Positions 27,102 through 37,524 of a stretch of DNA of 64,000 nucleotides are shown one piece after another. Position 1 is the first letter of the stretch; each line of letters starts with the position of its first letter. The stretch is taken from positions 62,001-126,000 of the forward strand of contig NZ_SMNA01000004.1 in assembly GCF_004353825.1 (NCBI RefSeq), in the 5' to 3' direction. The notes below the pieces were generated by a model, which ran no database searches, was not told the DNA's origin, and saw only the letters and a list, made by a program, of their open reading frames with translations. The DNA comes from Occultella glacieicola. Lineage in GTDB: Bacteria; Actinomycetota; Actinomycetes; Actinomycetales; Beutenbergiaceae. The translations under genes were made by a program, and so were the position numbers.

Positions 27102-28502
27102 GTGAACCTTCCGACAGCCCCGCGCGCCGGCACCGACCGGCGCACGTTCCTGCGGTATGCGGCCGGCATCGGTGCGGTGGTGCCGCTCGCCGCCCTGAGT
27201 GGCTGCGGGTCGTCCAGCACCCAGGATCCGAACGTCATCGGGATCGCCTACCAGCAGTTCGGATCCGGCACCCTGATGGAGGACTGGATCGACCGGACCG
27301 CTCAGGCCTACACCCAGGAGTACCAGGACCGGTCCGTCGAACTCGTGCCGATCGTCGCGGCGGAGAACGACTACTTCACCAAGAACGAACTCCTGATGTC
27401 CTCACCTCGGACGTCGCCGGACCTCGTCTACGAGGACACCTTCATCCTGCTCTCCGACGTCGGCGCCGGCTACGTCCAGCCGATGACCGAGTACGCCGAG
27501 CAGTGGGAGCACTGGCAGGACGTCGCGCCCGCCTCGAGGGAAGCCGTCACCGGTGAGGACGGCGAGATCTACGCGATCCCGACCCACACCGACACTCGTG
27601 CGATCTGGTTCAACAAGGACGTCTTCGCCGAGGCCGGCCTGCCCGAGGACTGGGCACCGACCAGCTGGGAGGAGATCCTGGAGGCGGCCCGCACCATCAA
27701 GGAACAGCTGCCCGAGGTCGCACCGTTCTTCATCTTCTCGGGCAAGGCGCAGGGGGAGAAGGCCTCGATGCAGGGCTTCGAGATGCTCCTCTACGGCACC
27801 GGCGGAGGGGTCGGCCTCTACGACGCCGACGCGAAGAAGTGGGTCATCGGCTCCCAGGGGTTCCTGGACGCGCTCACCTTCCTGCGCACCGTCTTCGAGG
27901 AGGAACTCACCCTGCCCGTGTCGCGGCACCTCGACCCGAACATCGGAGAGAGCATCTACAGCACGGTCATGCCGGCCGGGGAGCTGGGGATGCTGCTGGA
28001 CGGCTCATGGATCTCCCAGAACTGGGTCGAGGATGCCCCGAGCCCGTGGCCGGAGTGGGCCGACACGCTGGGCCTGGCCCGCATGCCCACGCAGAACGGG
28101 GACGGCACCGGGTGGGTCACGCTCGCCGGCGGCTGGTCCTGGGTGCTGCCCCAGTACTGCACCGACCCCGAGATCGCGTTCAGCTTCATCGAGGCGCTGC
28201 TGACCACCGACAACTCCGTGCAGCGCGCGATCGAGGACAACCACATCACCGTGCGGGCGGACGTCGCCGAGGTGGAGGAGTACCGGACCTACTCGCCCAC
28301 GGCGGAGTTCTTCACCGGCCTGCTCGAGGGTGCCTACTACCGTCCCGCGCTGCCGAACTACCCGGAGGTCTCCGCCGCCATCCAGGACGCGATGGAGGTC
28401 GTCATGACCATGGCGCAGACCCCCGAGCAGGCGCAGGCGGCATACGACCAGGCGGTCACCGACATCGTCGGACCCGAGAACGTGCAGGAGGAGTCCCGAT
28501 GA
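27102..28502 (+). CDS. sugar ABC substrate-binding protein (Tat lipoprotein)
   Basis: DRRTFL twin-arginine, LSGC lipobox, DG.IYAIP...D.R.IWFNKD; strong RBS. Confidence 0.9.
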   Translation: MNLPTAPRAGTDRRTFLRYAAGIGAVVPLAALSGCGSSSTQDPNVIGIAYQQFGSGTLMEDWIDRTAQAYTQEYQDRSVELVPIVAAENDYFTKNELLMSSPRTSPDLVYEDTFILLSDVGAGYVQPMTEYAEQWEHWQDVAPASREAVTGEDGEIYAIPTHTDTRAIWFNKDVFAEAGLPEDWAPTSWEEILEAARTIKEQLPEVAPFFIFSGKAQGEKASMQGFEMLLYGTGGGVGLYDADAKKWVIGSQGFLDALTFLRTVFEEELTLPVSRHLDPNIGESIYSTVMPAGELGMLLDGSWISQNWVEDAPSPWPEWADTLGLARMPTQNGDGTGWVTLAGGWSWVLPQYCTDPEIAFSFIEALLTTDNSVQRAIEDNHITVRADVAEVEEYRTYSPTAEFFTGLLEGAYYRPALPNYPEVSAAIQDAMEVVMTMAQTPEQAQAAYDQAVTDIVGPENVQEESR

Positions 28503-29437
28503 GCGCCACCGCGACCACCGAGCGGCCGGCCCAGGCGACGCCGCGCAAGAACAGACGTACCCTCGGCAACGGTCTGACCACCCGGCGGGCGGTCCCGATG
28601 GTCCCCGCCCTGGTGCTGCTCCTGCTGTTCATGGCCGGCCCGATCCTGTACTCCCTCTATCTCGCCTTCACCGACAACGCGATCCGTGGCGAGGGCGCGG
28701 CCGAGACCTCGTTCATCGGCTTCGAGAACTTCACGAACGCGTTCGCCGACGACGCCTTCTGGAACTCGGTCGTGCTGACCATCGTGTTCACGGTGGTCTC
28801 GGCGGTGATCGGGCAGAACTGTCTCGGGATGCTGCTGGCGCTGCTGATGGAGAAGTCGAACCGGGCGATCAGCTTCGTGGTGACCTCGATCGTGATCGCG
28901 GCCTGGATCCTGCCGGAGGTGGTGGCCGGGTACCTGCTGTACACGTTCTTCGCGGACGAGGGCAGTCTGAACGCGATCATCACCTCGCTCGGCCTGCCAC
29001 CCCAGGAGTTGCTGTTCGCGCTGCCGATCCTTGCGGTCAGCTTCGCCAACGTGTGGCGCGGCACCGCGTTCTCGATGCTGGTGTACTCGGCCGCGCTCAG
29101 CGCCATCCCGTCCGACATCTACGAGTCGGCCGCGATCGACGGCGCCGGCCCGGTGCGGCGGTTCCGGTCGGTGACGATCCCGCTGATGCGCCCCGCCATC
29201 GCCACGAACCTCATGCTGATCACGCTCCAGACGCTCTCGGTGTTCGGGCTGATCTTCATCATGACCGGCGGCGGGCCGGCCCAGCGCAGCCAGACGCTAC
29301 CGCTGTACATGTACGAGCAGGCGTTCTCGTACGGGCAGCTCGGCTACGGCACGGCCGTGGCCCTGCTGCTGCTGGGGATCGGGGCGCTGGCCTCGATCGT
29401 CTATCTGCGCCTGCTGCCGGAGGAGGAGAAGCGATGA
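28499..29437 (+). CDS. carbohydrate ABC permease
   Basis: YESAAIDGA loop, MTGGGP; ATGA overlap. Confidence 0.9.
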   Translation: MSATATTERPAQATPRKNRRTLGNGLTTRRAVPMVPALVLLLLFMAGPILYSLYLAFTDNAIRGEGAAETSFIGFENFTNAFADDAFWNSVVLTIVFTVVSAVIGQNCLGMLLALLMEKSNRAISFVVTSIVIAAWILPEVVAGYLLYTFFADEGSLNAIITSLGLPPQELLFALPILAVSFANVWRGTAFSMLVYSAALSAIPSDIYESAAIDGAGPVRRFRSVTIPLMRPAIATNLMLITLQTLSVFGLIFIMTGGGPAQRSQTLPLYMYEQAFSYGQLGYGTAVALLLLGIGALASIVYLRLLPEEEKR

Positions 29438-30333
29438 CGACCACCGCGACCACCGAGCGGTCCGGAACCGAGCCGGCGTCGCCCCGCCGTGGGGTCCGGG
29501 ACCGCGGTGCGCCACGCGCCGGCGGCATGTCCCTGGCCGCGTCGATCTCGATGATCGTGCTCGGCGCGGCCTTCGTGATCCCGCTGCTGTGGGTGGTGCT
29601 GGCCGCCTTCGACACCGAGGCGAGCCTCGCGGTCAGCTGGCCCTCCGAATGGAGTCTCGGCAACTTCCAGGCGATCTGGAACGCCGAGACGACATTCCGG
29701 CCGTTGACGAACTCGCTGATCCTGTGCGGTGGGGCGACCCTGGTGACGATGACGGCCGCCGTGCTGTGCGCCTATCCGTTCTCCCGGTACCGGTTCCGGG
29801 CGAAGCGCCCGCTGCTGCTGACCATCATCTTCTCCACCGGACTGCCGATCACCGCGATCATGATCCCGGTCTACTCGCTGTTCGTCCGGGTCAACCTGAT
29901 CGACTCGATGGTCGGCGCGATCCTGTTCCTCGGCGCGTCCGCGCTGCCGTACGCGATCTTCCTGACCAAGGGGTTCATCGACGCGGTCCCGATCCAGATC
30001 GAGGAGAGCGCCTGGACCGAGGGTGCGGGCCTGCTCCGGACCCTCTGGTCGGTGGTGCTGCCGTTGATGCGGTCCGGGCTCGCGGTCGCCACCATCTTCA
30101 CGTTCGTGGGCATGTGGGGGAACTTCTTCGTTCCGTTCATGCTGTTGCTGAGCCCCGACCAGCTACCCGCTGCGGTCACCCTGTACACGTTCTCCTCCCA
30201 GTACGGGCAGGTCGCGTACGGGCAGCTCGCGGCGTTCTCGATCTTCTACTCGCTGCCGGTCGTGGTGCTCTACCTGTTCATGGGGCGAAGCCTCGGCACC
30301 GGGTTCGCCGCAGCCGGCGGCATCAAGGGCTGA
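29434..30333 (+). CDS. carbohydrate ABC permease
   Basis: IEESAWTEGA loop, WGNFF.PF; ATGA overlap. Confidence 0.9.
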   Translation: MTTTATTERSGTEPASPRRGVRDRGAPRAGGMSLAASISMIVLGAAFVIPLLWVVLAAFDTEASLAVSWPSEWSLGNFQAIWNAETTFRPLTNSLILCGGATLVTMTAAVLCAYPFSRYRFRAKRPLLLTIIFSTGLPITAIMIPVYSLFVRVNLIDSMVGAILFLGASALPYAIFLTKGFIDAVPIQIEESAWTEGAGLLRTLWSVVLPLMRSGLAVATIFTFVGMWGNFFVPFMLLLSPDQLPAAVTLYTFSSQYGQVAYGQLAAFSIFYSLPVVVLYLFMGRSLGTGFAAAGGIKG

Positions 30334-30358
30334 GGCACGGCGGCGCCGAGCGGACGCC

Positions 30359-33300
30359 TCAGGCGTCGGCGAGGGCCTTGCGGATCCGCTTGTCCGAGAT
30401 GGTCTTCGGCGTCCCGAGTTGCTGCGCGAAATAGCTGACCCGCAGTTCCTCGAGCTGCCAGCGGATCTCGGCGAGCCGGGCCGCACGCACCGGGTCGTGG
30501 GCTGCGGCCTGCTTCGCCGACCACCACGCCTCCTGCAGTTCCCCGAGGGTCCAGGCGCGGTCGGCGTCCCGGTTCGGGTTCTCGGCCGCCTTCTCCAAGC
30601 GGACGACGGCGGCCCGCAGGTAGCGGGGCAGGTGCACCAGGTGCTCGGGTGGGGTGTCGACGAGGAAGCCCGGGTGGACGAGGGCGGCGTGCTGGTCGCG
30701 CACGTCGGTGAGCACGTTCAGCAGCGTCATCGACGTGGTGGCGCGGATCGTCTCCTCCAGTTCCCGGGACCGGGTGAGGATCCGCACGGTCAGGTCCGCG
30801 ACGCGCAGCACCTCGTCCTCGAGCGCCGGCCTGATGCGCGCCAGCAGGGCGTCGAACGCGGCGCGGTCGCGGACCCCGGCGAGGTCCGTGCCGGCCACGA
30901 GGGCCGAGATCGCGCTCACCTGGAGGTCGGCGACGAGGGCGTCGGTGTTCCGGTAGGGGCTCGCCGCCAGGGCCAGGGACTGCGCGGCGTTCCACCGGGA
31001 GGTGACCCGGCCGACGGCCAGGGCCGAGCCGAGGTACAGAAGCCGCAGCACCCCGGCCCGGTGGCTGACCGCCTGGTCGGCGGCGTTAGCGAGCACCCGC
31101 AGCGCGACCGTGCCTGACGTGCCGGACGTGCCGGACGTGCCCGACGTGCCTGACGTGCCTGACTTGCCTGACTGGCCGGACGCGCCGGGCTCGTCGGCCA
31201 GGGCGGGGTAGCCACGGATCTCCAGGCCGGCGGCGCCGACGGAGGACACCGTCTCGGGGATCCGGCCGCCCGGGAGGTCCGGCCAGCCGGTCAGGCCGGT
31301 CTGCTCGGCGAGGCCCGGCGTCAGTGCCGACCCTGCCGACCCTGCCGACCCTGCTGACCCGGCCGACCCTGCTGGCCCTGGGTGCCCACTGTCGCGGTCC
31401 TGACCGGCCGCTGCCCCGGCGCGGCCGCCACCGGACCCCACGGGTCCACCACCGGGGCCACGACCACCCGAGGCGCCGGTCGCGCCATGGTGACCTGCGC
31501 CGTCGGGCATCGGGCCGTGCTCACCCGGGCGTGGGTGCGCCGTCTGCGCCTCGGTGAGCGCGGTGCGGACGGCGGTGCGCACGGCATCGCGGGACTCGCG
31601 CGCGAGCTGACGCTGCAGCAGCACCAGGTCCTTGCCCTCGGCGAGGGTGGCGCCGCGGTCGGTCTGCACCCGGAACGTCATCCGCAGATGCGGGGGCAGC
31701 CGGTCGGGGGCCCAGTCGTCGGGACCGATCTCCACCTGACGCAGGCGCAGGGCGGTCTCGGCGAACGCCTCCGTGAACGTCGGGGACCCGGCAGGCGCGG
31801 CCTCGGACCACGCCGGCAGCTGCGCGACGATCTCCCGGCCGACGTCCGGCGCGGGCACGAGCTGGCGGCGCAGCGCCTTCGGCAGCGACCGGATCGTCGC
31901 CACCGCGAGCTCGTCGACCAGTCCCGGCACCATCCAGTCGAAGCCGTCCGGTCGGAGCCGGTTCAGGATCGAGATCGGGATGTGCACGGTGACCCCGTCG
32001 GCCTCGGTGCCCGGCTCGAACTGGTAGGTCAGCGGCAGGGTCAGGTCATCCTGGCGCCAGGTGTCCGGGAACGCGTTCGCGTCCAGGGTGTCGGCGTCCG
32101 GGACCAGCAACTCGGTGGTGAACGTGAGCAGGTCCGGGTTCTCGCGTCGGGCATCCTTCCACCAGGCATCGAAGTGCCGAGCGGTGGTGACGTCCTCGGG
32201 GATCCGCTCGTCGTAGAAGTCGAACAGCCCGTCCTCGTCGATCACCAGGTCCCGGCGCCGGGACCTGGCCTCGAGGGACTGGGCCTCCTCGAGCAGCCGG
32301 GTGTTCTCGGCGAAGAACGCGTGGTGGGTGCGCCACTCGCCCTCGACGAGGGCGTGCCGCAGGAACAGCTCCCGGGCGAGCGGGGCATCCACCCGGGCCA
32401 GCGGCACGGCGCGTTCGGCCACGATCGGGACCCCGTACAGGAGCACCTTCTCCTTGACCATGGCCGCGCCCTGCTTCGTGGACCAGTACGGCTCGGAGTA
32501 CGTGCGTTTGACGAGGTGCCCGGCCAGCGGTTCGGCCCATTCCGGCTTGATCCGGGCCACGGTGCGCGCGAACAGCCGGGACGTCTCCACGAGCTCGCCG
32601 GCCATGATCCAGGCCGGGTTCCTCTTGGCCAGGTGCGAGCCGGGGAAGATCACGAACCGGGTGCCGCGGGCACCGGCGTAGTCGCGGCGACGCTCGTCCC
32701 AGGACCCGACGTGCGAGAGCAACCCGGACAGCAGGGCCTGGTGGACCCGATCGGGATCGGTGGCGTCGCGGTAGGTGTCCGGGCGGTGGTGCACCTCGAG
32801 GCCCAGGGGCTTGGCCATCTGCCGCAACTGGGTGTGCACGTCCTGCCACTCGCGCACGCGCAGGAAGTTCAGGTACTCGGACCGGCACAGCCGCCGGAAC
32901 GCCGAGGACCCCATCTCCCCCTGCTGCTCCTTGAGGTAGTCCCAGAGCTTGAGCAGGGACAGGAAGTCCGAGGTGGGGTCGGCGAACCTGCGGTGCTTGT
33001 CGTCGGCGGCCTGCTGGTGTTCGGTTGGCCGCTCGCGGACGTCCTGGACGGAGAGCCCGGCGACGATGATCATGACCTCGCGCACGCAGCCGAGCCGGCC
33101 GGCCTCGATGATCATCCGGCCCAGCCGCGGGTCGATCGGCAGCTGGGCCAGGGCCCGGCCCACCGTGGTGAGCTGGTTGCTGGAGGTGGTCGCGGACTCC
33201 GCCTCGATCGCGTTGAGCTCGTGCAGCAGCTGCAGGCCGTCCCGCACGGCGCGGGAGTCGGGGGAGTCGAGGAAGTCGAACTTCGCGACGTCGCCGAGGC

Positions 33301-34834
33301 CGAGCGCGGTCATCTGCAGGATCACCGACGCGAGCGAGGTGCGCAGGATCTCCGGCTCGGTGTACTCGGGGCGGCCCTCGAAGTCCCGCTGGGAGTACAG
33401 CCGGATGCAGATCCCGTCCGCGAGCCGGCCGCACCGGCCGGCACGCTGGTTCGCGCTCGCCTGGCTGACCGGCTCGATCGGCAGCCGCTGCACCTTGGTC
33501 CGGTTGGAGTACCGGGAGATCCGGGCCGTGCCGGGGTCGATCACGTACCGGATGCCGGGCACGGTCAGGGAGGTCTCGGCGACGTTCGTGGCCAGGACGA
33601 TCCGCCGCGTCGTGTGATGCTCGAACACGCGGTGCTGCTCGGCGGCCGAGAGCCGTGCGTACAGCGGGATGACCTCGACGGCGTTGGCCGCGTGCGCGGA
33701 GGCGCGGGCTCCGCCGGGGGCGACGTGCCGGGGCCCGAGGTGGTCGGCCAGGGCGTCCGCGGCGTCCCGGATCTCCCGCTCGCCCGACAGGAACACCAGG
33801 ATGTCGCCGCCGCCCTCGGCCATCAGTTCGTCGGCCGCGCGGCAGATCGCCGTGTTCTGGTCGATCGCGTCCTCGTCCGGCAACGGCGGGGCATCGTCGT
33901 CGAGCGGCCCGTCGAGTTCGTCGCCCAGGTCCGCGAGCAGCGGCCGGTACCGCACCTCGACGGGGTACGTCCGCCCGGACACCTCGACGACCGGCACCGT
34001 GTGCCGGGGTTGGGTGAAGTAGTCCGCGAACCGCTGCGAGTCGATGGTCGCGGAGGTGACGATGACCTTCAGGTCCGGGCGCTTCGGCAGCAGCTGGTGC
34101 AGGAAGCCGAGCAGGAAGTCGATGTTCAGGGTCCGCTCATGCGCCTCGTCCACGATGATCGTGTCGTAGCGGCGCAGCAGCGGGTCGCGCTGGATCTCGG
34201 CGAGCAGGATGCCGTCCGTCATGATCTTGACCAGGGTGGTCTCGGAGACCTGGTCGGTGAACCGCACCTGGTACCCGACGGCGCCGCCGAGCTCGACGCC
34301 CAGTTCCTCGGCGATGCGCTCGGCGACCGTGCGTGCGGCGATCCGGCGGGGCTGGGTGTGCCCGATGGTGCCGGTGATGCCGCGGCCCAGCTCGAGGCAG
34401 ATCTTCGGGATCTGGGTGGTCTTGCCGGACCCGGTCTCCCCGGCCACGATCACCACCTGGTGGTCGCGGATCGCGTCGGCGATCTCCTCCCGGCGGGCCG
34501 AGACCGGCAGCTGTGCCGGATAGCCGATCGTGGGCAGCGCCGCCCGGCGCTTGGCGAGCAGCTCGGCACTCGGCGCCCGGTAGCCGGCCGCGCGGCCGGA
34601 CGCTCCGCGCCCGCGGCGACCTGCGCCGTCGGGCCTCCTGCTCGGGCGGCGGCCCTCGGACCGTTCGCTCGCGCTCGACGTCTCGCCCGCGGGCGACCCG
34701 CCGCCTGCGTTCGCGGGCGGGACCGCCTGCTCGGCGGGTCGCCCTCCGGTGCGCCTCCGGCGGGGTCGCCGACGGCGGGGGGCGCGCCCCGTCTCGTCCG
34801 TCGCCCGATTCTCCGCGTCCGTCACCGCCCCCAT
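30359..34834 (-). CDS. hrpA: ATP-dependent RNA helicase HrpA
   Basis: GETGSGKTTQ, TQPRR, DEAHER, SAT, TNVAETSLT, QRAGRCGR, C-terminal EELRVS.FAQ.LGT; start may be GTG at 34825. Confidence 0.95.
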   Translation of the reverse strand: MGAVTDAENRATDETGRAPRRRRPRRRRTGGRPAEQAVPPANAGGGSPAGETSSASERSEGRRPSRRPDGAGRRGRGASGRAAGYRAPSAELLAKRRAALPTIGYPAQLPVSARREEIADAIRDHQVVIVAGETGSGKTTQIPKICLELGRGITGTIGHTQPRRIAARTVAERIAEELGVELGGAVGYQVRFTDQVSETTLVKIMTDGILLAEIQRDPLLRRYDTIIVDEAHERTLNIDFLLGFLHQLLPKRPDLKVIVTSATIDSQRFADYFTQPRHTVPVVEVSGRTYPVEVRYRPLLADLGDELDGPLDDDAPPLPDEDAIDQNTAICRAADELMAEGGGDILVFLSGEREIRDAADALADHLGPRHVAPGGARASAHAANAVEVIPLYARLSAAEQHRVFEHHTTRRIVLATNVAETSLTVPGIRYVIDPGTARISRYSNRTKVQRLPIEPVSQASANQRAGRCGRLADGICIRLYSQRDFEGRPEYTEPEILRTSLASVILQMTALGLGDVAKFDFLDSPDSRAVRDGLQLLHELNAIEAESATTSSNQLTTVGRALAQLPIDPRLGRMIIEAGRLGCVREVMIIVAGLSVQDVRERPTEHQQAADDKHRRFADPTSDFLSLLKLWDYLKEQQGEMGSSAFRRLCRSEYLNFLRVREWQDVHTQLRQMAKPLGLEVHHRPDTYRDATDPDRVHQALLSGLLSHVGSWDERRRDYAGARGTRFVIFPGSHLAKRNPAWIMAGELVETSRLFARTVARIKPEWAEPLAGHLVKRTYSEPYWSTKQGAAMVKEKVLLYGVPIVAERAVPLARVDAPLARELFLRHALVEGEWRTHHAFFAENTRLLEEAQSLEARSRRRDLVIDEDGLFDFYDERIPEDVTTARHFDAWWKDARRENPDLLTFTTELLVPDADTLDANAFPDTWRQDDLTLPLTYQFEPGTEADGVTVHIPISILNRLRPDGFDWMVPGLVDELAVATIRSLPKALRRQLVPAPDVGREIVAQLPAWSEAAPAGSPTFTEAFAETALRLRQVEIGPDDWAPDRLPPHLRMTFRVQTDRGATLAEGKDLVLLQRQLARESRDAVRTAVRTALTEAQTAHPRPGEHGPMPDGAGHHGATGASGGRGPGGGPVGSGGGRAGAAAGQDRDSGHPGPAGSAGSAGSAGSAGSALTPGLAEQTGLTGWPDLPGGRIPETVSSVGAAGLEIRGYPALADEPGASGQSGKSGTSGTSGTSGTSGTSGTVALRVLANAADQAVSHRAGVLRLLYLGSALAVGRVTSRWNAAQSLALAASPYRNTDALVADLQVSAISALVAGTDLAGVRDRAAFDALLARIRPALEDEVLRVADLTVRILTRSRELEETIRATTSMTLLNVLTDVRDQHAALVHPGFLVDTPPEHLVHLPRYLRAAVVRLEKAAENPNRDADRAWTLGELQEAWWSAKQAAAHDPVRAARLAEIRWQLEELRVSYFAQQLGTPKTISDKRIRKALADA

Positions 34835-34874
34835 TGTTCCCGACGGCGCCAGTGCTTTCCGCCGCCGGTTCCGG

Positions 34875-35408
34875 TCAGGCCTCTCGGACGGTCATCAGGC
34901 TGCGGCCGTGTGCGGTGAGCGGGCCGGGCTCGCCCGTCTCGCGGAACCCGAGTTTGCCGAGGACCCGGCGGGACGCGACGTTCCAGTCCCACACGCTCGC
35001 CCGCAACCGTCGATAGCCCGCTTCCTCCGCCCAGGTGATCACGGCCCGCCCGGCCTCGGTCGCGTAGCCGCGGTTGTGGACGGCGCTCAGCAACTCGAAG
35101 GCGAGCTCGGGCTCGTCGGGTGCCCCCTCCGACGGGACCACCAGCCCGCAGTACCCGATGACGTCGGCGGTGTCCTTGCGTTCGACGGCCAGCAGGCCCG
35201 GTCCCGGTGGCGATCCCTGACCTTCGCGGATCCGGGCCGCGATCTCGGCCTCGGTCGGGCGCCCCTGCGGATCGAGCTGTCGGTGCGCGGGGACGCGCAC
35301 GTCGCGCTCGGTCCACAACCGGTGGAGGACGGCCGCATCGGAGGCGACTTGGCCTCGCAGCACGAGGCGATCGGTCTCGAGCGGGGTCAGAACGGGCAGC
35401 GGTGGCAT
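34875..35408 (-). CDS. GNAT (RimJ/RimL-like) acetyltransferase
   Basis: LETDRLVLR, RGYATEA, N.AS.RVL.KLGF. Confidence 0.88.
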   Translation of the reverse strand: MPPLPVLTPLETDRLVLRGQVASDAAVLHRLWTERDVRVPAHRQLDPQGRPTEAEIAARIREGQGSPPGPGLLAVERKDTADVIGYCGLVVPSEGAPDEPELAFELLSAVHNRGYATEAGRAVITWAEEAGYRRLRASVWDWNVASRRVLGKLGFRETGEPGPLTAHGRSLMTVREA

Positions 35409-35482
35409 TCCGGCATTGTCTCAGCACCGTGATCGGGGGTAATTCACTCGATCGGCAGCGCGTGGGACGTCACGATGGAGCG

Positions 35483-36136
35483 ATGGACAGCCCGATCCCG
35501 ATCGACCTGGCGACCTGGCCGCGGAGGCAGCACTTCGAGCACTACCTGCACGCGGTGCCGTGCACGTACTCGATGACGGTCGAACTGGACGTGACCGAGT
35601 TCGTCAGGGCGCTGCGGAACTCTCCCCGGCGGACGTATGTCGCCCAGATCTGGGCGCTCGGCACGATCGTCAACGCCCGCGAGGAGTTCCGGATGTGCCT
35701 GACCGAGTCCGACGCCCCCGCGGTCTGGCCGGTGCTGCACCCCTCGTTCACCCTCTTCAACGCCGAGCGGGAGACGTTCTCCAGCGTCTGGGCGCCCTAC
35801 GACCCGGACTTCGCCACCTTCCATGACGGCGCGGCGGCGCTGCTCGACCGGCACCGCGACAGCACCGAGTTCTTCCCGGTGGGTGGTGGGCCACCGAACA
35901 CGTTCGACGTGTCGAGCCTGCCCTGGGCCTCGTTCACCGGGTTCAACCTGAACATCCGGGACGCGTGGCGCCACCTCGCGCCGATCTTCACCCTCGGGCG
36001 CTATCAGGAGGGCGACGGCCGCGTGTTCCTGCCGCTCGCGCTGCAGGTCCACCACGCCGCCGCGGACGGCTTCCACTCGGCGCGGTTCGTGAACGAGCTC
36101 CAGGCCGTGTTCGCCGACCCGTCCTGGGTGCCCTGA
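35483..36136 (+). CDS. cat: type A chloramphenicol O-acetyltransferase family protein
   Basis: W.R..HFEHY, CTYSMTV, ETFS..W, SSLPW.SFTGFNL, catalytic QVHHA.ADGFH. Confidence 0.9.
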   Translation: MDSPIPIDLATWPRRQHFEHYLHAVPCTYSMTVELDVTEFVRALRNSPRRTYVAQIWALGTIVNAREEFRMCLTESDAPAVWPVLHPSFTLFNAERETFSSVWAPYDPDFATFHDGAAALLDRHRDSTEFFPVGGGPPNTFDVSSLPWASFTGFNLNIRDAWRHLAPIFTLGRYQEGDGRVFLPLALQVHHAAADGFHSARFVNELQAVFADPSWVP

Positions 36137-36150
36137 CCGACCCGGCCGCC

Positions 36151-36254
36151 CGGTGAGAGTGCTGGATCGGTCGCCAAATCGGCACCTTCACCGACGGCCG
36201 GTGCGCGGCACCCTTCCGTGAGAGTGCTGAATCGGTCGCCTCGTCAGCACTGTC
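36151..36254. repeat. two REP-like hairpin units between convergent genes
   Basis: gtgagagtgctg(g/a)atcggtcgcc at 36153 and 36218, each followed by a partly complementary arm. Confidence 0.7.
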
Positions 36255-36266
36255 GGCGGCGCGGGC

Positions 36267-37343
36267 TCAGACGAACCGGATCGCGGACCGCAGTTGGGGC
36301 CGCAGCGCGAACATGTGCTCCTCCGACGGCCGGGCCACGGCCGGGTGCCCGGCCGTGATCAGGCGGGCGAGCCCGCGGGCGCGGACGGCCAGGCGCGGCG
36401 TGCCGCGACGGCGGACCAGGACCCAGTCGGCCGGATCGGCGAGCGCCTCGTCCGGGAGCACCAGGAGCAGGGCGTCGAAGCGGGTGCGCCAGGATCTCGC
36501 GACCTTCGCCCGGCGCTCCAGGGCGGCCATCGGGTGCTCGCCGGTGGCCAGCCCGGTGCTGACCAGGTCGCCGCGGCGCACCGTGACCGGTGCGCCCCAG
36601 TCCTCGGACTGGACCGCCCACAGCCCGGTCGGCCCGAGGACCACGTGGTCGATCTTCGCCGGGTCGGTGGTCGGTGCGGTGGCGTCGCGCGCCCAGCCGC
36701 CGCTGCCGGCGCCGGTGGCCACGTCGTTCCAGACCGTGAACGCCGAGCTGAGGTCGCCGAGGGTGCGGGCGGTGCGTTCCTCGGCGAGCGCGTCGGCGAG
36801 CGCGTGCTGGATCTCCCGGGGCGCGCGGGCCACGAGGTCGGGCGCGTACGGGTCGCCGATCTCGACTCCGCGACCGACCCACTCGCGCAGCAGCGTCAGG
36901 TAGCGCTCGCGGGACCACCCACCGGGGTGCCCGTGGGAGCGGGCTCGCGACGGCACGTTCGTGCTGCCCCGGCTCGAGCCGGCGGTCCAGACCGGGCCGG
37001 ACCCGCCGTAGACACCGCCGCCACCCGAGCTGCCCGACGTGTCGGTCGCCCGCGGCCCGCCGCCGGGGGGCCGGGCCGGGCCCGTCGGTCGCGACCAGTT
37101 CGAGCCGGAGGCTCCCGACGTTCCACCCGGCCGGTGGGCGCGGTCGTAGCGGGCCCGGTGTGCCGGCGTGCCGACCTGCTCCCACGCGGTCTGTACCTCG
37201 TGGAAGAGTTCCGGGTCCCCACCGACGTCCGGGTGGGACTCGCGAAGCCGCCGCCGGTAGGCGCGCCGAAGTTCCTCGGTGGACGCATCGGCGTCAACAC
37301 CGAGCACCTCGTAGGGCGTGGCCCCGAGGGAGCGTTCGGTCAT
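36267..37343 (-). CDS. J-domain protein with C-terminal NERD-like domain
   Basis: PYEVLGV..RRAYRR..HPD.GG J-domain; Gly/Ser linker; KIDHVVLGPTGL. Confidence 0.82.
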   Translation of the reverse strand: MTERSLGATPYEVLGVDADASTEELRRAYRRRLRESHPDVGGDPELFHEVQTAWEQVGTPAHRARYDRAHRPGGTSGASGSNWSRPTGPARPPGGGPRATDTSGSSGGGGVYGGSGPVWTAGSSRGSTNVPSRARSHGHPGGWSRERYLTLLREWVGRGVEIGDPYAPDLVARAPREIQHALADALAEERTARTLGDLSSAFTVWNDVATGAGSGGWARDATAPTTDPAKIDHVVLGPTGLWAVQSEDWGAPVTVRRGDLVSTGLATGEHPMAALERRAKVARSWRTRFDALLLVLPDEALADPADWVLVRRRGTPRLAVRARGLARLITAGHPAVARPSEEHMFALRPQLRSAIRFV

Positions 37344-37524
37344 CAGGGCCTTCGGCGGGTCGGTGAATGCTGCGGTCAAGACTAGCTCGCGCCACTGGGC
37401 AATCCCTGGGAGCCGCAGGTGTGACCCTGGCGCTCGGGTACCGCACCGCCCACCACGTCGGAACCCGCTCGCTGGCGACTCGTGCCGTCAGGACGTCCGG
37501 ACCGCTCGACCCGACCTTCGCGGT

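Noticed and set aside
31382..34918. 1178-aa plus-strand ORF
   Set aside because: Antisense to hrpA with no independent coding signal
36151..36254. gagtgct resembling a CIRCE half-site
   Set aside because: No matching TTAGCACTC half at 9-nt spacing, and it lies between convergent gene ends
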